A stretch of 64,000 nucleotides of DNA from Octopus vulgaris (GCA_951406725.2 OX597814.1:118482001-118546000), one strand, 5' to 3'; counted from the first letter of the stretch, positions 26,301 through 39,084 are shown. Notes: generated by a model not told the origin, from the sequence alone. Made by a program: numbers and translations.

Positions 26301-26398
26301 TGCACCTTCGTTCCCTGGAGGGAAAGGACTACATTGGGATTAGTCGTTGCCTACAAGGGGCTCTTACATACCTGGGCAACGCCGGGCTATGGTGCTAG
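20324..26398 (+). mobile_element. Full-length Helitron (~6.1 kb)
   Basis: 5' end A|TCTCTCTATATATAAAC. 3' hairpin CCTGGGCAACGCCGGG (26371-26386) followed by CTAG|T. A/T insertion site with no TSD. Encodes RepHel. Confidence 0.95.
21474..26276 (+). CDS. Helitron RepHel transposase (1600 aa from first in-frame ATG): NLS, STPR-like repeats, Zn finger, HUH/Y2 Rep, PIF1-family helicase
   Basis: Uninterrupted ORF. Motifs: MPPKKRR, CQFC...CC, FITYTCNP, VEWQKRGLPHAHILIW, YVCKYINK, DAPGGTGKT, LIVWNE (Walker B variant), GDFRQTLPV, KSQGQT, HGQLYVGCSRV. Confidence 0.96.
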   Translation: MPPKKRRTLLSPRTAKASTARARRARETHEETALRLSQTASRYAAAQASETTSDRSTRLARVAAYRSSLRSRLTKEQQSSQNMRASYCASIRRARENPEQRAIRNAANATSTARTRSVETSQQRRTRQDADAANKAMARSAETPHQRIIRTSRHAINTASARASEGAEARAERLSRDATATAVARASESAEARCTRLESINKRRDIIRGVRTPAPAFWLSLAFNYDATINFSLRDDIKIGSMTIVCQFCKAKKWPGEPPGLCCSGGKVDLPPLREPPQPLKDLAAGLTPDSSQFLEIIRKYNCSFQMTSFGAKIPPREGWMPTFKVQGQVYHLIGSRLPDEIQQSSFLQIYFIADYNHQVDARLGIIPGTSYVPRKDILLRLQTMLHDINSYVCSFKYALDSAASPNFTVVIDADKRPHGEHERRFNAPACNEIAAVIHGEQPNSRDIIISSRGNNLHRISETHRSYDALQYPLLFPYGEDGYHFGIPLRQLSNQTTAASKTVSCRAFYSYRFVVREGEFNLLPRCRQLFNQFTVDMAAKMESERLLYIKLNQTKLRSDSYIHLRDGLQQENDPRNIGKPCILPSTFTGGPRYMCERTQDALTYVRIYGRPDLFITYTCNPSCDEITRELLPGQSHTHRHDIVARVFRLNLGKMKDLIVKGQIFGHVRCHMFSVEWQKRGLPHAHILIWLTHKIENNDIDKFISAEIPDPDEDPGLYEIVRTTMVHGPCGPNYANTPCYKNGLACSKGFPKRFTLETQTGGDGYPLYKRRSLANGGRTITVGRHQVDNSYIVPYCPLLSKIFKAHVNVEFCSSIRSIQYVCKYINKGSDAAMFSIQRTTSHDEVSNYLAGRYLSSNEAFWRIYGFPLHQRHPAVVQLAVHLENGQRIYFTEQSAVQIATSPKDTALTGFFKLCQRDDFARTLLYPQVPSYFVWSKNTWVRRKSGKNVESFPGVKFDSCLGRVYNIPPNQQECFYLRLLLHEVTGPTGFANIRTINGVLCDTFREACMRLGLLEDDSQWDATMAEGALLQTHSALRHLFAILLQKCQVSDPLSLWMKYRDDMSHDFLRTAQQHCPSAEITFTNFIYNVALIQLEDAVIDMGGSALTEYGLPPPTREHANVMFAELLRETSYCIEELHQYVQDNEPRLLPDQRIAYNTIVDSVRQQRGGIFFLDAPGGTGKTFVTKLILAEVRRNTDIALAVASSGIAATLLPGGRTAHSAFRLPLDLAKSESPICNIAKNSEQADILHRCKLIVWNECTMAHKGALEALDRSLQDIRDSTAPMGGLTLLLSGDFRQTLPVIPKGTRADAVRACLKSSALWAHVRPLHLQTNMRAQLIGDSGSAAFSRDLLSLGENRMLSDADGYVQLDSLCTIVDTPASLRDAVFHDLQNNLRDLKWLAGRAILAPKNTTVNSINIQLLEAIPGDVHVYKSIDRTADPAQLADYPVEFLNSLEPPGLPPHILKLKVGAPIMLIRNLVPPKQCNGTRLVVKHLAPHLITATILTGCGKGEDVFIPRMHLQPSGADLPIHFRRSQFPVKLCFAMSINKSQGQTLQVAGLHLGEQCFAHGQLYVGCSRVGRRNDVFMFSPKRTARNIVYTEVFQ

Positions 26399-26451
26399 TA
26401 CCCTTTAAAATCCAGAAACAAGTAGCCAGCAAATTGTCTACAGGGAATTGA

Positions 26452-26498
<47 letters not shown>

Positions 26499-26506
26499 CA
26501 TACATG

Positions 26507-26577
<71 letters not shown>

Positions 26578-26580
<3 letters not shown>

Positions 26581-26755
26581 GAATTTAAAAAAAACAGAAG
26601 ACGAAGACGGGTGTGTAAACAACAAACAGATGTATTAGTTCAACGTTGGGGAAGTGAGAAAGTCTTTTACGTTTCGAGCCGACGCTCTTCCACAGAAAGG
26701 AGCACAGAAATAAGCAAGGAGAGAAAATAAAAACAAAGGTCTAGTGGCTAGCGGT
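26578..26755 (-). mobile_element. PLE pseudo-LTR-like fragment with minimal hammerhead motif (26664-26699)
   Basis: The minus strand reads CTTT CTGTGGA A GAGC GTCG GCTC GAAA CG TA AAAG and is adjacent to (TA)n. Confidence 0.65.
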
Positions 26756-26759
26756 CAGG

Positions 26760-27490
26760 TCTGTTGGCATATTAACGAAGCTAAAGTATGTAGAGTAAAG
26801 ACCTTTGGTACAGTTTGGCCTTGACTTCTGTTGTGCAAGCGCTCTAAGTTTTAACGCTCTAGCTTACTTGCGCCGTTTACAGAAGTGCTTGGGAGGAAGG
26901 TACGATGCGTGTGATCGTCGCATTCACCATGACAGACAATGTTGAGCAGAGAATCTGCATCAAATTTTGCGAAGAGCTTGGCGATACCAGCTCAGAAGTC
27001 TACGCAACCATTTCAAACAGTTTTCATCTCTCCCGACTCAATCAAAGAGATGTTGTACAAACAAAACCCGAGTGAGCTTGTGGCCAGCTGAAAGTAGGTT
27101 TTGCGCAAACTTAGCACACACGCGTTTCATACCCCAAATCGTCAGTCATGTTAGACTGGACGGAACCGTAACTTATCGGTACATCCTCTGCAAGCTCACG
27201 GATGGCGATTCGATGATTTCCGTTCACAGCTTCGCCCATATCTGCGATGTTTTTCTCAGTTCAGCTGATTGCGTGTCTCCCAGAACGTTCGTCAATATCG
27301 ATATTGTTTCGGCCATCTGGGATACGTCTGAACCACATGTACACTTGTGTGCGGATGATATACTCCTCTCCATATCCTTTCTGCAACTTTGTGTAAGCCT
27401 CTGAATAGGTATCGCCATGGCTACTTTCTCTCTCATTGTCAATGAGACAATCACACACTACACACCTTCCTTTCAAGCATTGCTGAATAC
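26760..27490. mobile_element. Two mariner transposase N-terminal fragments in opposite orientation
   Basis: The plus strand at 26929 gives MTDNVEQRICIKFCEELGDTSSEVY. The minus strand at 27010-27420 gives GDTYSEAYTKLQKGYGEE...VYMWFRR...DERSGR...IRELAEDV...KRVCAKF. Confidence 0.85.
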
Positions 27491-27499
27491 CTCCGTAGC

Positions 27500-28310
27500 G
27501 GTTGACAATGGTGCTGCTACACCATATATTGCGTATGGAGTGGTTGGTGAGAGTTGTACAAGTCATGTACTGGCATGCTTTCCATAAACTGAGGGTTGCC
27601 AAAGAGTACAGGAAAAATTTTAGGGTACAAGTAGGTGTTCACCTCAGACCCCTCTTCTTCATCATAATCTTCCGGGCAATAACAGAGGAATTTAAGACAG
27701 ACTGCCGCTATGATGATGATCTCGTCCATATAGCTGATTAAATACCAGACATATAGTAGAAGTTTCAGTCTGGAAGCTAGGTCTAGAAACGAAGGGACTT
27801 CGAGTTCACCTCGCAAAAACCAAAGTTTTAGTAGAAAGGTAGATGAAACACAAATCCATTTATGTAGATGGCCCTGGTCGATCTCTAGAAAAGGTGTATG
27901 TAAAAACTCCATAGGATGTAACCGATGTAAGCTATTAACCCATAAAAGGTGCAGCAATATCAGAGGAAAGTTAACAGAGAAAATAGGTTTTGTGTGTGGA
28001 AAATGCACAAGTACAACAGGCAACAAAAATGCCCAAAAGATAAACCCCATCAACAGTCAGGTGTGTATGCTAGAGTTAGTAAATAATAGCTTCCGTATTC
28101 TAGTTGGCCAGTTAGTTGCGGAGGTGGATGCTCTGAGAGCTTAAGTGTGAGGATAAGAATACGATGGCAGAATTCCAGAGAGCCCCTACGTCTGATAGCA
28201 ACAGTGGGCCTCTTCCTCTTCCTCAGAGTTAAAGGCAGGTATTATGATGCCTGTGTACGGACAGCAATGCTACACGGCTATGAAACATGGGCTGTAACAG
28301 CCGAAGACAC
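27500..28310 (+). mobile_element. Degenerate RTE-clade LINE RT fragment
   Basis: EWLVRVVQVMY...FRVQVGVH...YDDDLVHIA, a Cys-rich insert (C..CKL.THKRCS...FVCGKC), and RVKGRYYDACVRTAMLHGYETWA. Confidence 0.88.
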
Positions 28311-28339
28311 GCAGATAGATAGATAGATAGATATAGATG

Positions 28340-28653
28340 TATCACCGTGATCACCGTGACGGATCAGGCTATCAGATGTTGCTACACATCGCTGGTCACA
28401 GTGCGCTTTGCATTGTTTTAGCTTTCAAATGACGCCACCCCGCTGGCTAAGCGAGGAGGCCAACAGAGGAAAGAGTGAGATAAAGTTGTGGCGAAAGAGT
28501 ACAGCAGGGATCAGCGCCATCCCTTGCCGGAGTCTCGTGGCACTTTATAGGTGCTTTCACTCAATAAACACTCATAACACCCGGTTTGGGAATCGAAACC
28601 ACGAGCCTACCACTACGAGTCCACTGCCTCAATCACTGGGCCATTTCGCCTCC
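28340..28653 (-). mobile_element. tRNA-derived SINE (family C)
   Basis: The minus-strand head GGAGGCGAAATGGCCCAGTGATTG...GGTTTCGATTCCC contains A and B boxes; short tandem tail (ATCACCGTG)x2. Confidence 0.75.
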
Positions 28654-28721
28654 ATACATGCATGCATGCACAGATACATGCATACATACATACATACATA
28701 TGTATATATATATATGTATGT

Positions 28722-28761
<40 letters not shown>

Positions 28762-30535
28762 GGCTGAATGGACAAACGAAAGATACATATTTAAACGGCT
28801 TGATTCGGCTCCAATGCGATACTTGAAGTTGCATGGGTACCGAATTAAGTATGTGTGTATGTGTTTATGACGTATTATGGCATATGCATGCATATTTACA
28901 TAAATGCATTCCTATTGGTCACTTGTGTGGTAGTGTGAAGCAAAATGTTTTTATCATGAGCTATAACTACTTATTTGCTTATATAAAGTGATATATAGTT
29001 TTGTGCGTTAAACGTAAAATATTGAGACGTTTCCAAACTCTTTATTCATATCTTTGGAATTATATTCAATCAATTCGTACATTGTTTTGTTGTTTGATGT
29101 GTACATCTGAAAAGAAACTATCAGTGAATTAGACAGATTTAAGAAGATTAATCCGTGTTAATATATAATCTGAGAAATATGGTATCCCGAGACTCAATAT
29201 TTCTCAAATACTGAATCGGAACACCGTATTACTTGAGACTAGAAGATTTACCTCACGGACGTTTGTATTGTATCTCAGCACATTAATAAGAAAGCGTATT
29301 TTCTTATGTCGTAATCTCTGAAGATTATGAATATAAGTAAGCGAGATATTAAAACTTACTATTTATGGGTTTTTCAGACGTAGGAGCTTGCATTCAAAGT
29401 AGTAATTTACAGAGTCGGATATCGACTAAAATCGATTAAATTGTACACAAATATCTTTCTATTAACGTCAGGTATTTAAACGAAACAATAAACACTTTCT
29501 GGATAAGTATATTACTACGGATTTTGTAATCCTCACAATATAATAGATACTGTTAAACTCGCTCGAAAGTAGACATATGATGATTTCAACAAATTGACAA
29601 TTAATATTTCCTTTGTAGACGATGTTAACCATATATCTAGGATTATATGCATGACCTATTGTAAGCTGTGTTGTCAAAGAGATGTGGCTCAGGCGTTCTT
29701 GTCTACGCCCCCTAAGCCACTAATCTTGTCCCTTATTTTGCAATGCCGAACACGACTTGTAGTATTGCAGTTGTAGGTCTTACTCTCAGAACAAACACAT
29801 ACACTCAGACGCGCACACACACCCACAGGCTCACACACCATACATTCTAACACATTATATTGACAGGCATCCTATCTAACGTTGTAGCACTTTCATAAAT
29901 CTACTGCTCAAGATCGGATTTTCTTTTTATCCAATACGAAATGATGGAATGAAAAACTGAAATTAGTATCATGTTAAATCAGGGTACGGGAAGTTGCAAC
30001 AATTACAGTGAGCAATTTTAACGTTTAAGTGAATTACTAAATCATGCACTTTTTGAAGAATTTACGAATTCATGATATGGACACGCGACCATTTGACATC
30101 AATACTAGTGAGATAGTTTTGGCGTATATTTCTGAAATTAGCGCACAGACACCTTTCTCTGATCTTGTACTTTTCACATCTCCACTCAGCCACTAAACAC
30201 TCTCAAACTACTATTATTCTCGAGCGGAAAAATATCAACATTGACAGGTCGTTCTTCTCATTTAAGGCATCTCGATTTATCCCTTGCTCATGATTTTCCT
30301 GTTCAGAAGCAACATTAGATGCATAGCACATCTTTGCAAAGTAACTGCAAATCTTATGGAGACAGAACAGTATTTACGCCAATATAGAAATATAAATATT
30401 TCCAAATGTAGACTCTTATAGAGTAATACATAACACTGTATTTACGACTGCGTTGAAAATTCGGTTAGATATGTTCTGCACTTCCGGAAAATAGGCAACT
30501 TTCTCAAAGTTTGAAAGGTGCAGTGACATTGTATA

Positions 30536-30629
<94 letters not shown>

Positions 30630-30631
<2 letters not shown>

Positions 30632-31027
30632 CGCAGGAGTGGCTGTGTGGTAAGTAACATGTTTACCAACCACATGGTTCCGTGTTCAGTGACACTGCGT
30701 GGCACCTTGGGCAACTGTCTTCTACTATACCTTCGGGCCGACCAAAGCCTTGTGAGAGGATTTGGTAGACGGAAACTGAAAGAAGCCCTTCGTATATATG
30801 TATATATATATATATGTGTGTGTGTGTTTGTGTGTCTGTGTTTGTCCCCCTAGCATTGCTTGACAACCGATGCTGGTGTGTTTATGTCCCCGTTACTTAG
30901 CGGTTCGGCAAAAGTGATCGATAGAATAAGTACTGGGATTACAAAAGAATAAGTCCTGAGGTCAAGTTGCTCGATAAAGGCGGTGCTCCAGCATGGCTGC
31001 AGTCAAATGATTGAAATAAGTAAAAAA
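30630..31027 (+). mobile_element. tRNA-derived SINE family A, full length
   Basis: Head GGCGCAGGAGTGGCTGTGTGGTAAG (A box) and GTGTTCAGT (B-box-like), internal (TA)n(TG)n; about 9 related copies or fragments in the window. Confidence 0.92.
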
Positions 31028-31096
31028 GTATATATATATATATATATATATATATGCATATTATATATATACCTCTCTCTATATATATATATATAT

Positions 31097-31152
<56 letters not shown>

Positions 31153-31159
31153 TACATAT

Positions 31160-31258
<99 letters not shown>

Positions 31259-32839
31259 TTGTTTGTTTGGTAAATTTTCTTTAAATGCGAGTCCCTAAAA
31301 ATGGTAGGTGCTTTTTAATCTAATATTTTGAAATATGTTCTGTTTGTCAATTTACGAAAGGCATTGTTAAAATATTATATACACGTCTTTGACATCGGCA
31401 CGCCGCCGAACTTTCGATTTTGTATTTCCATAGTCATTCTGACCTCTGTTCTTGCATAACAAGTAATACTGTTCACATAATTTTCACGCTAGATAACTTC
31501 GAAAGAATACTGACCACTATAAACACAGATAGAAAGAGAGACAAAAAGTCGAGCAGTAAAATAAAGAGATGAAATAGAAGTAGAAGTGATAAAAAAAGTT
31601 CTCTAAAAGGTAATATATTTGCAAGTGAATAATCGAAACGTGCAGAAATACAAGCCATTGTTCTAGGTTTCTTTGTAGCTTTAATGGCGTGACTTTAAAC
31701 CTCTGTCTAGAATTGCAGATACAAAGAACTATAGCCATACTTATTGTGGAAACAATGCCTTTTATGCTGGATTTACAAATACTTGAAAGCCTTTTTCGCT
31801 ATGAAAACACACAATATTCCTTTGTATTTTTTATCAACTTTTAATCCTTTATCAGTGTTGTAAGAAACGGACATAAAGGAAAGAATATAACCCTTAATGT
31901 TGCATCGCAAGTTAAGTATTAAGCTGTAATTTTCAAAGACCTTATAACTGTGTGGCATGAGAGACTCTCTTCACTCACTGCTATGTATCTCTATTTTCAG
32001 CTCTCGTATGACAAACTTATGGTCACACACATTCCAGCCTGGATCATCTATTTTCCTTGAGGTAAAGTAAATATATTTTTTCTGTTTTGACGTTCACTAA
32101 CATATAATCTTATGAGAACATGGTTGTAATTTCTAGGAGGGAGTATCAACAACAGTTTTAGAAATCTTATGAATTAGTTGCTTTTGCTATGAATAAATTT
32201 TAACTAACCAGAATGGAAATGCTATCAAAAGAATGGCAACCAAGTAGTTAAATATTTCATATTTCGAACGCATTAATCTCTATGCAGGAGTGACAACTAA
32301 CTGCGGTTGATAAAATATACCTCTGATAACAGTATGTTTAATGGATATTTCACAGCAAATCGAAAATTGTTTTAAATATTTTGAACTGATACACACATTG
32401 ACCAAACGATATTCTATGTAAAAGTGCAAAAGAATCCCTACAGACATACATACATATACACGCACAGATTTGTGTACATGTGTGTATACATATATGCACG
32501 TATACTTACATATACTAGATAATGAGCAAAGCTGAAGAATAAAACAAGACTTGATGGAGAAGTTTTGGATAAAAGTGTTCTTAGTAGAATGCTTGAAAGG
32601 AAAGGAAACGAAAGTCATTAGGGGTTCGGAAGCTAGTCCTCCTCCAGCAGAAGAAGACAAAAGAGAAAGGGGAAACAGGGAAATAAGAATAAAGTTAGTG
32701 TGAAAGAAAAATGACTTAGGGCCAGATGAGAATTGTTGTTCTATCGGAAGGACTTGGGAAGCGGGAATGGCCAATGCGGTGTGTGCGTCATACACAAGAG
32801 GGTATCCGTTTTATAGAGATGGGCCAACTTCCGCACTCC

Positions 32840-33085
32840 CTTTCACTTTCTTCCTTTCAGTGTATCTTGATGTCTCTTTCTCTCTCTCTCTCTCTTTCCT
32901 CTCTCTCTCCATCTATCTTCCCTCTCTCTTCCTCCTCTTTTACCCCTATCTCTCCCTCTATCTCCCCTCTCTCTTCCTCCTCTTTTTCCCTATCTCTCCC
33001 TCTACCTCCCCCTCCATTTTCCCCTCGCTCTTCCTCCTCTCCCCCTCACTCTTTCTGCTATACTTTCCTGTCTCTTTTCCAAGTC
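32840..33085. repeat. Polypyrimidine (CT-rich) low-complexity tract
   Basis: About 240 bp of almost pure C/T. Confidence 0.9.
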
Positions 33086-33649
33086 ACCTCCTGCTAATGC
33101 ACAAAACTACTTTCCCTCAACTATTTTGCCTCACGAGTGCCGCATGACCACACAAGCCCGTTAGATCATTCTCATCAAGAAGCACCTGACAAGCAGTCTA
33201 TTTTCTAATTTCATTCTACGCTAGTATTTTCCATGTATATCTGAAGTCGAAAACCCCACTTCCAAATACACCGCATTTGTTTGTTTTTGTTTTTCCTATC
33301 AGCATTTTCTCATTGTCATCTCTGTTTTCAATCGAATGATTTCTTTCATGTCTCGTGTATTTTCAGCCTCAAGATTAATCTTCCTTTGTTTTGTGAGAAC
33401 CCTGGCATTTCCAGCTGACGGACACCAAGATATTTTCAAGTGCCGAAATCAGGAGTTCTAGAACAAAAGTAAATCGTGTTCTCCGTGTCTATAGTTTGTC
33501 TTTTCCGTTCCTTGTTGAACACGTTTCACATCATTATTTTCACTTAAACACACACACAAACATGCACACACATATTCACACATGCGCATACACACACGCA
33601 CACACAGGCACACATACATATAAATACATATATATCTTAGTAGGAGTAA

Positions 33650-34385
33650 GGCGGCGAGGTAGCAGAAACATTAGCGCGCCGGGCGAAATGGCCAGCAGTA
33701 TTTCATTTGTCGCTACGTTCTGAGTTCAAATTCCGCCGAGGTCCACTTTACCTTTCATCCTTTCGGGGTCGATAACTTAAGTACCTGTTACGCACTGAGG
33801 TCGATATATTCCACTGCATCCGTTTGTCTGTCCTTATTTGTCCCCTCTGTGTGTAACCCCTTGTGGGCAGTAAAAAAATGGGTATTTCGTTTGCCGTTAC
33901 GTTCTGAGTTGAAACTCCGCCGAAGTCGACTTTGCCTTTCATCATTTCGGGGTCGATAGATTAAGTACCAGTTACGCACTAAATAATCGACAATCTGTTT
34001 AACCCCATGTGGATAGTAAAGAAATAGGTTTTTCGTCTGCCGTTACGTTCTAAGTTCAAATTGTGCCGAGGTCGACATTGCCTTTCATCCTTTCGGGGTC
34101 GATAGATTAAGTACCTGTGACGCACTGAGGTCGATGTAATCGACTTAATTCCTTTGTCTGTTCTTGTTTGTCCCCTCTATGCTTAGTCCCTTGTGGGTAA
34201 TAAAGAAATAGGTATTTCGTCTGTCTGTACGTTCTGAGTTCAAATCCCGCCGAAGTCATCTTTGCCTCTAATTCTTTCGCGGTCGATGAATTAAGTACCA
34301 GTTACGTACTGAGGTCGATCTAATCGATAGCATCCCCCCACCCCAAAAAAGATTGCGGGTCTTTTATCAAGAGTTGTAAAGAATA
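33650..34385 (+). mobile_element. SINE family B (Deu/Nin-domain-like) with four tandem internal units
   Basis: One head GGCGGCGAGGTAGCAG, then units starting at about 33698, 33881, 34028 and 34211, each with GAGTTCAAATTCC and GCCTTTCATCCTTTCGGGGTCGAT.AATTAAGTACC. Confidence 0.88.
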
Positions 34386-34813
34386 TCTTAGTATGCGTGT
34401 ATAGGGAGCTGGGTAGATTTTCGTGTGACTGCGAGTGTATAGACATAGAAAGAACAAGAACGTTATATGCCTTAGTAACGAGGAAATAAGAGGCACTGGA
34501 ATTCAAAAAGTGTAAGTCTTCCTTTGATTTTATCAAAAAAATAAAACCCACTTAATTTTTCACTGACTGAATTCGATTTTCGTGAGTAAGATATATTACA
34601 ATAAACTTGTCATGAAAAGCCTACTAATACATTTGGCATGTTGCATGATGGAATATTCTGCAAAATTCTCAAATAACTTTAATGTCAGATGATGGTATTA
34701 CATAAGTTTGTAATCACATAAATATGGTTGATTGATAGAAGTGTACACACACACACACTCACACGCGAAGAAGATCTTACGCATTTTGTTCTTTATATAT
34801 GTGTACACACACG

Positions 34814-34848
<35 letters not shown>

Positions 34849-35767
34849 GAGTGTGTGTTTATGTGTTGTGAGCGTTGTGTGTACTTATGTACGGGCTTGT
34901 CTATGTGTGTGTGTTCTTGAAGGAGGAAGAGAGAAGAGAGTTGAAGCTAAAAGAGAAAAAATGTAAATGGAGAGATGTTTTAAAAAATGGGGTAAATAGG
35001 CGTGTGTATTTATGAATGTATATCTCAGGCACTTAACATGTCACATAATAGGATGAAGTTGATGTAGTGAGAAATATATGTGAATCTTAATGCTTAGTGG
35101 TAGGAACACACTCATGCACAATCCCATACACAGTTAACACAAACATTATATATTTATATGTATGTACATTTATTATATAATACAAATATTATATATGTGC
35201 ATACACAAATGTATACATGTGTACGTCTTTATATAATATACATTCACATATTACATATACGTGTGTAGTATAGAATATGTAATATACTTAAAATATCAGC
35301 GTATTTATGTGTGTTGTCTATGCCTTCACACGTGTATGACACTAAGCAATAATACAAACATCTACATCTCACTATACCATCTTCATCCTATTCTATCACA
35401 TATTAAAAGCCTAAAATATACGCATATAGAGACACGCTAATTTTTACATATTAGCAAAATTCTCTCTTTTTTCTCCATTTGTTTCCTTTTTCTTATGTTT
35501 TCCTATTTCCTGTATCATACATGATTCAATCTTACAGATAGCTATGATGTTCAAAAAACAGATGCATATATGAGTGGGGGTCTATATATCTATGCGTGTG
35601 AGAGTGTGTAACCGCGTGATCATCTGTATACACGCATATATAAGTGTAAGAGGGTGCGTGTGTTCTTTGCATTTCCAGGTATAGACAACGTATTGTGTAC
35701 AAGGATACATGGTTGTATAATCACACACACAGGTATATTCCTATATACATACATGCGTATACGTATG

Positions 35768-35804
<37 letters not shown>

Positions 35805-36170
35805 ACACATATAATATGCACTAATTCGGGATTGTTCATGAATCATACTAACTTTCTTATCTATCGACTCCATTGATTCTAATACGGACATTCGGACCTC
35901 TCAAGTACATCTATGTATTCATATGCATGTGTTTATATATCTATAAATTGTTACATATTTGAAATTTATATATATATATACATATGATTTTTTATATATT
36001 TATAAATCTTCGTATGTTTATATGCATTTATAAATTGTTATAAATTTTTATTATGTCTCATATATATAAACACATCTATGAATACTGTATATTGGGGAGT
36101 CCCTCAATATTTTGAAATGGACTGAATGAATATATACACCGACCTCTGAAACTTGCTTCCCTCCTTCTAA

Positions 36171-36225
<55 letters not shown>

Positions 36226-37747
36226 ATGTATACAATCCATGCACTATTGAAAATCACTGCCAGTATCAATTTGAAGAAATATGTTATTTGTGTTTACACT
36301 GAAATTCAGTGACATCAGTACACATTCACAAACAGTGCTGTATGTGATAATATGTGTGTAAGTAACAATGTATCTGTGCACGTGTGTGTGTAAAGTCGAA
36401 TTATTATATATTAGATTATATCAATTATAAAAGCGTAGCTTTTTTGTGAAATTGTCTTCACTTCTAGTGGGAAATAGAGAAATGCGCTCAGACCTAAATG
36501 AGGTGCGTTAATATCCAGAATTTAGAATTCTCCGTAATTGTCATACCTTGATCAAAAAGAAGTTTTATTCATCGGCGAGCAAAATGAGAGCTATCCAACA
36601 ATGTACTGTCGAAATAGGCGTCGTTAACCCAACGTTTACTTTACGTTGAAAACTACCGACGGGTTAGAAACCTTTTGAGCCCCACAATAATGTATATAAC
36701 TAAAATAAAAGAGAGGAATGAAGGGTTATATAGCACATGTCATATAATACTTTATAGATAAATATTGCTGTATCAAATATTATTTTGGTTTGAGTTATTT
36801 CAATAACATTTTCTTAATCAAGAACTCATCTTGTATTTTATTGATCAATGCCAGAATGTACTATGGTATATTTTGCTCGTAACTTTGAAAACAAATGCAG
36901 AAATTAATTAGCCATTTGAAGTTTCAAAATATATTTGGTGGTTGAGTTATAAACGAAAAAGAAAATATATGACACAGAAAATCCATATCGAACAACTTCT
37001 TAATTAATTCATTTCGTTTATTGTAGGATCAAATGCTACGAAACCACTTTAATGGACAGCGACACTTTAGCAAGCATCCTAGGTTCAGCAAGCGAAATGA
37101 TAGAACATTTCAAGTCAAGCTAGAAAACACATGTTAAGCTACATGTTTAACTTTATAAATACTCGTCTCTCAACTACTTAAAAGCAACCTTCAGCGTCAT
37201 GATATGTGGTTTATTCAATTTTTCCAATATTACATCCAAAACAACTTACAATTTGTTGTATGATTGTAAGGCAAGTATTACTTGATTAATCACCAAAGAC
37301 CTTAAAACAAGACATGTTTCTCTTGCATAAACAGATTTTTAGCTATTACCTGTTTATCTCTAAACCAAATTCCTTAAATCTTTACAATATACATAAACCA
37401 ATATTCAAAACGAACCCACAGAATTTAATGGTATTCCTGAACGCAAGAAAATAAATTCATCTTCAAGACAATTTCAGCTAAGCCATTTGACATGAGCAAA
37501 CGTTTGAATAATTCTACCAAATATGGCGATCCTGTGGTTTCCATACCATACGGATTTAATGCAAGCAATTTTCTTTGCTTCAAACTGTTTGTAAATGGAC
37601 GAAGATTGACGTCTAGATAAAAACGTCAACCTATCTTTAAATATAATTTAGTGTCAAGGTAAACACATGCGTATTAAAGGAACAGAAGAACCTATATTTT
37701 ACCATATGTAAGTATGTATTCAATCACACACACATATAAAGGTATAA

Positions 37748-37828
<81 letters not shown>

Positions 37829-38846
37829 TATGTGTATGCATGTGTGTGCATGTATACATATATGCATATATATGTGTGTGTATATCAATATATATGTATA
37901 TATATATTTATACATATATACATATATATTGATATACACGCAAACACGTATGTATATGAATATATTCATATATACTTATATATTCGTATATATATATATA
38001 TATACAGATAGATATAGATATATAGATATATACATATAGTTTGTAAATGTTCCGAAATTATATGTAACCTTTTCAAAGGCATTACTCACATCTATGAAAG
38101 GCATTTCATCTGTGTCCTCTTAAATCATAGGAGGTCTTATGCCTCAAATTAAAAATATTAATGAAATACCATCATGGTTATTCCTCGCTGATACTGGACT
38201 TTAGAAATATTTACTTACATATATCGAAATATGAATATTTCGGTGATGGCTATCAATGCAATTATCTATGAATAAACATATCGCTGACTCTATCTAACCA
38301 TCTATCTGTCACCCTCCCGCTACATTCAGACATATACACACGCATGAATACACGAGCACAATTATGCAAGCATTCATATACAGACATGTATGTCTATCTC
38401 TGAATATGCATTTTTGTTAGTCTGAATATAATCTATATTACACAACAATAGATAAACATGAGATGTATGAGATGCACATATACAAAAACAATGCGTATGT
38501 AGAAAAGTTAAGTTACATGATTTAACATGTATGGTTAGAAACTTTCGCTAAGTGCATTCACCAATGCATCGATCATTATTTCGACCAGAACAATGGCGTT
38601 TTTGAAAACTGTTGCTGGAAGTCATACTCGAATGTACACAATAGTGAATTAGATTTTCCAGTTGGTTTATTTAGAAAGATCAAAGCCAAAGAAAACAATT
38701 AATCACTTATATTTACTCGAGTATATCTTGCTGTTTGTGCAGGTATTTGTGCAAGAATATTCAGGCAATAACTTATATGAATCATTTTCAAAATATATAA
38801 AAATCAATAAATAAACCTACATACATATGTATATATGTATATAGAA

Positions 38847-38896
<50 letters not shown>

Positions 38897-39084
38897 CTAT
38901 ATACATATATACATATATATATAATATATATAAAACAAAAACAACTAATATGTACGAAGAACATTATATATTTCTTTTAGATCACAACTTAAAAATCCAA
39001 CAATTGTTTCAATTCCCTTAAAATATGTACACACACACATACTTACATACATACATACATACACATACATACATACATATATAT

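Noticed and set aside
21277-26343. Overlapping and antisense ORFs within the Helitron
   Set aside because: These are expected shadows of a GC-richer coding sequence, with no independent motifs.
30630-30710. tRNA gene
   Set aside because: It is the tRNA-derived head of a multicopy SINE with no complete cloverleaf; the same applies at 28575-28653 and 33650.
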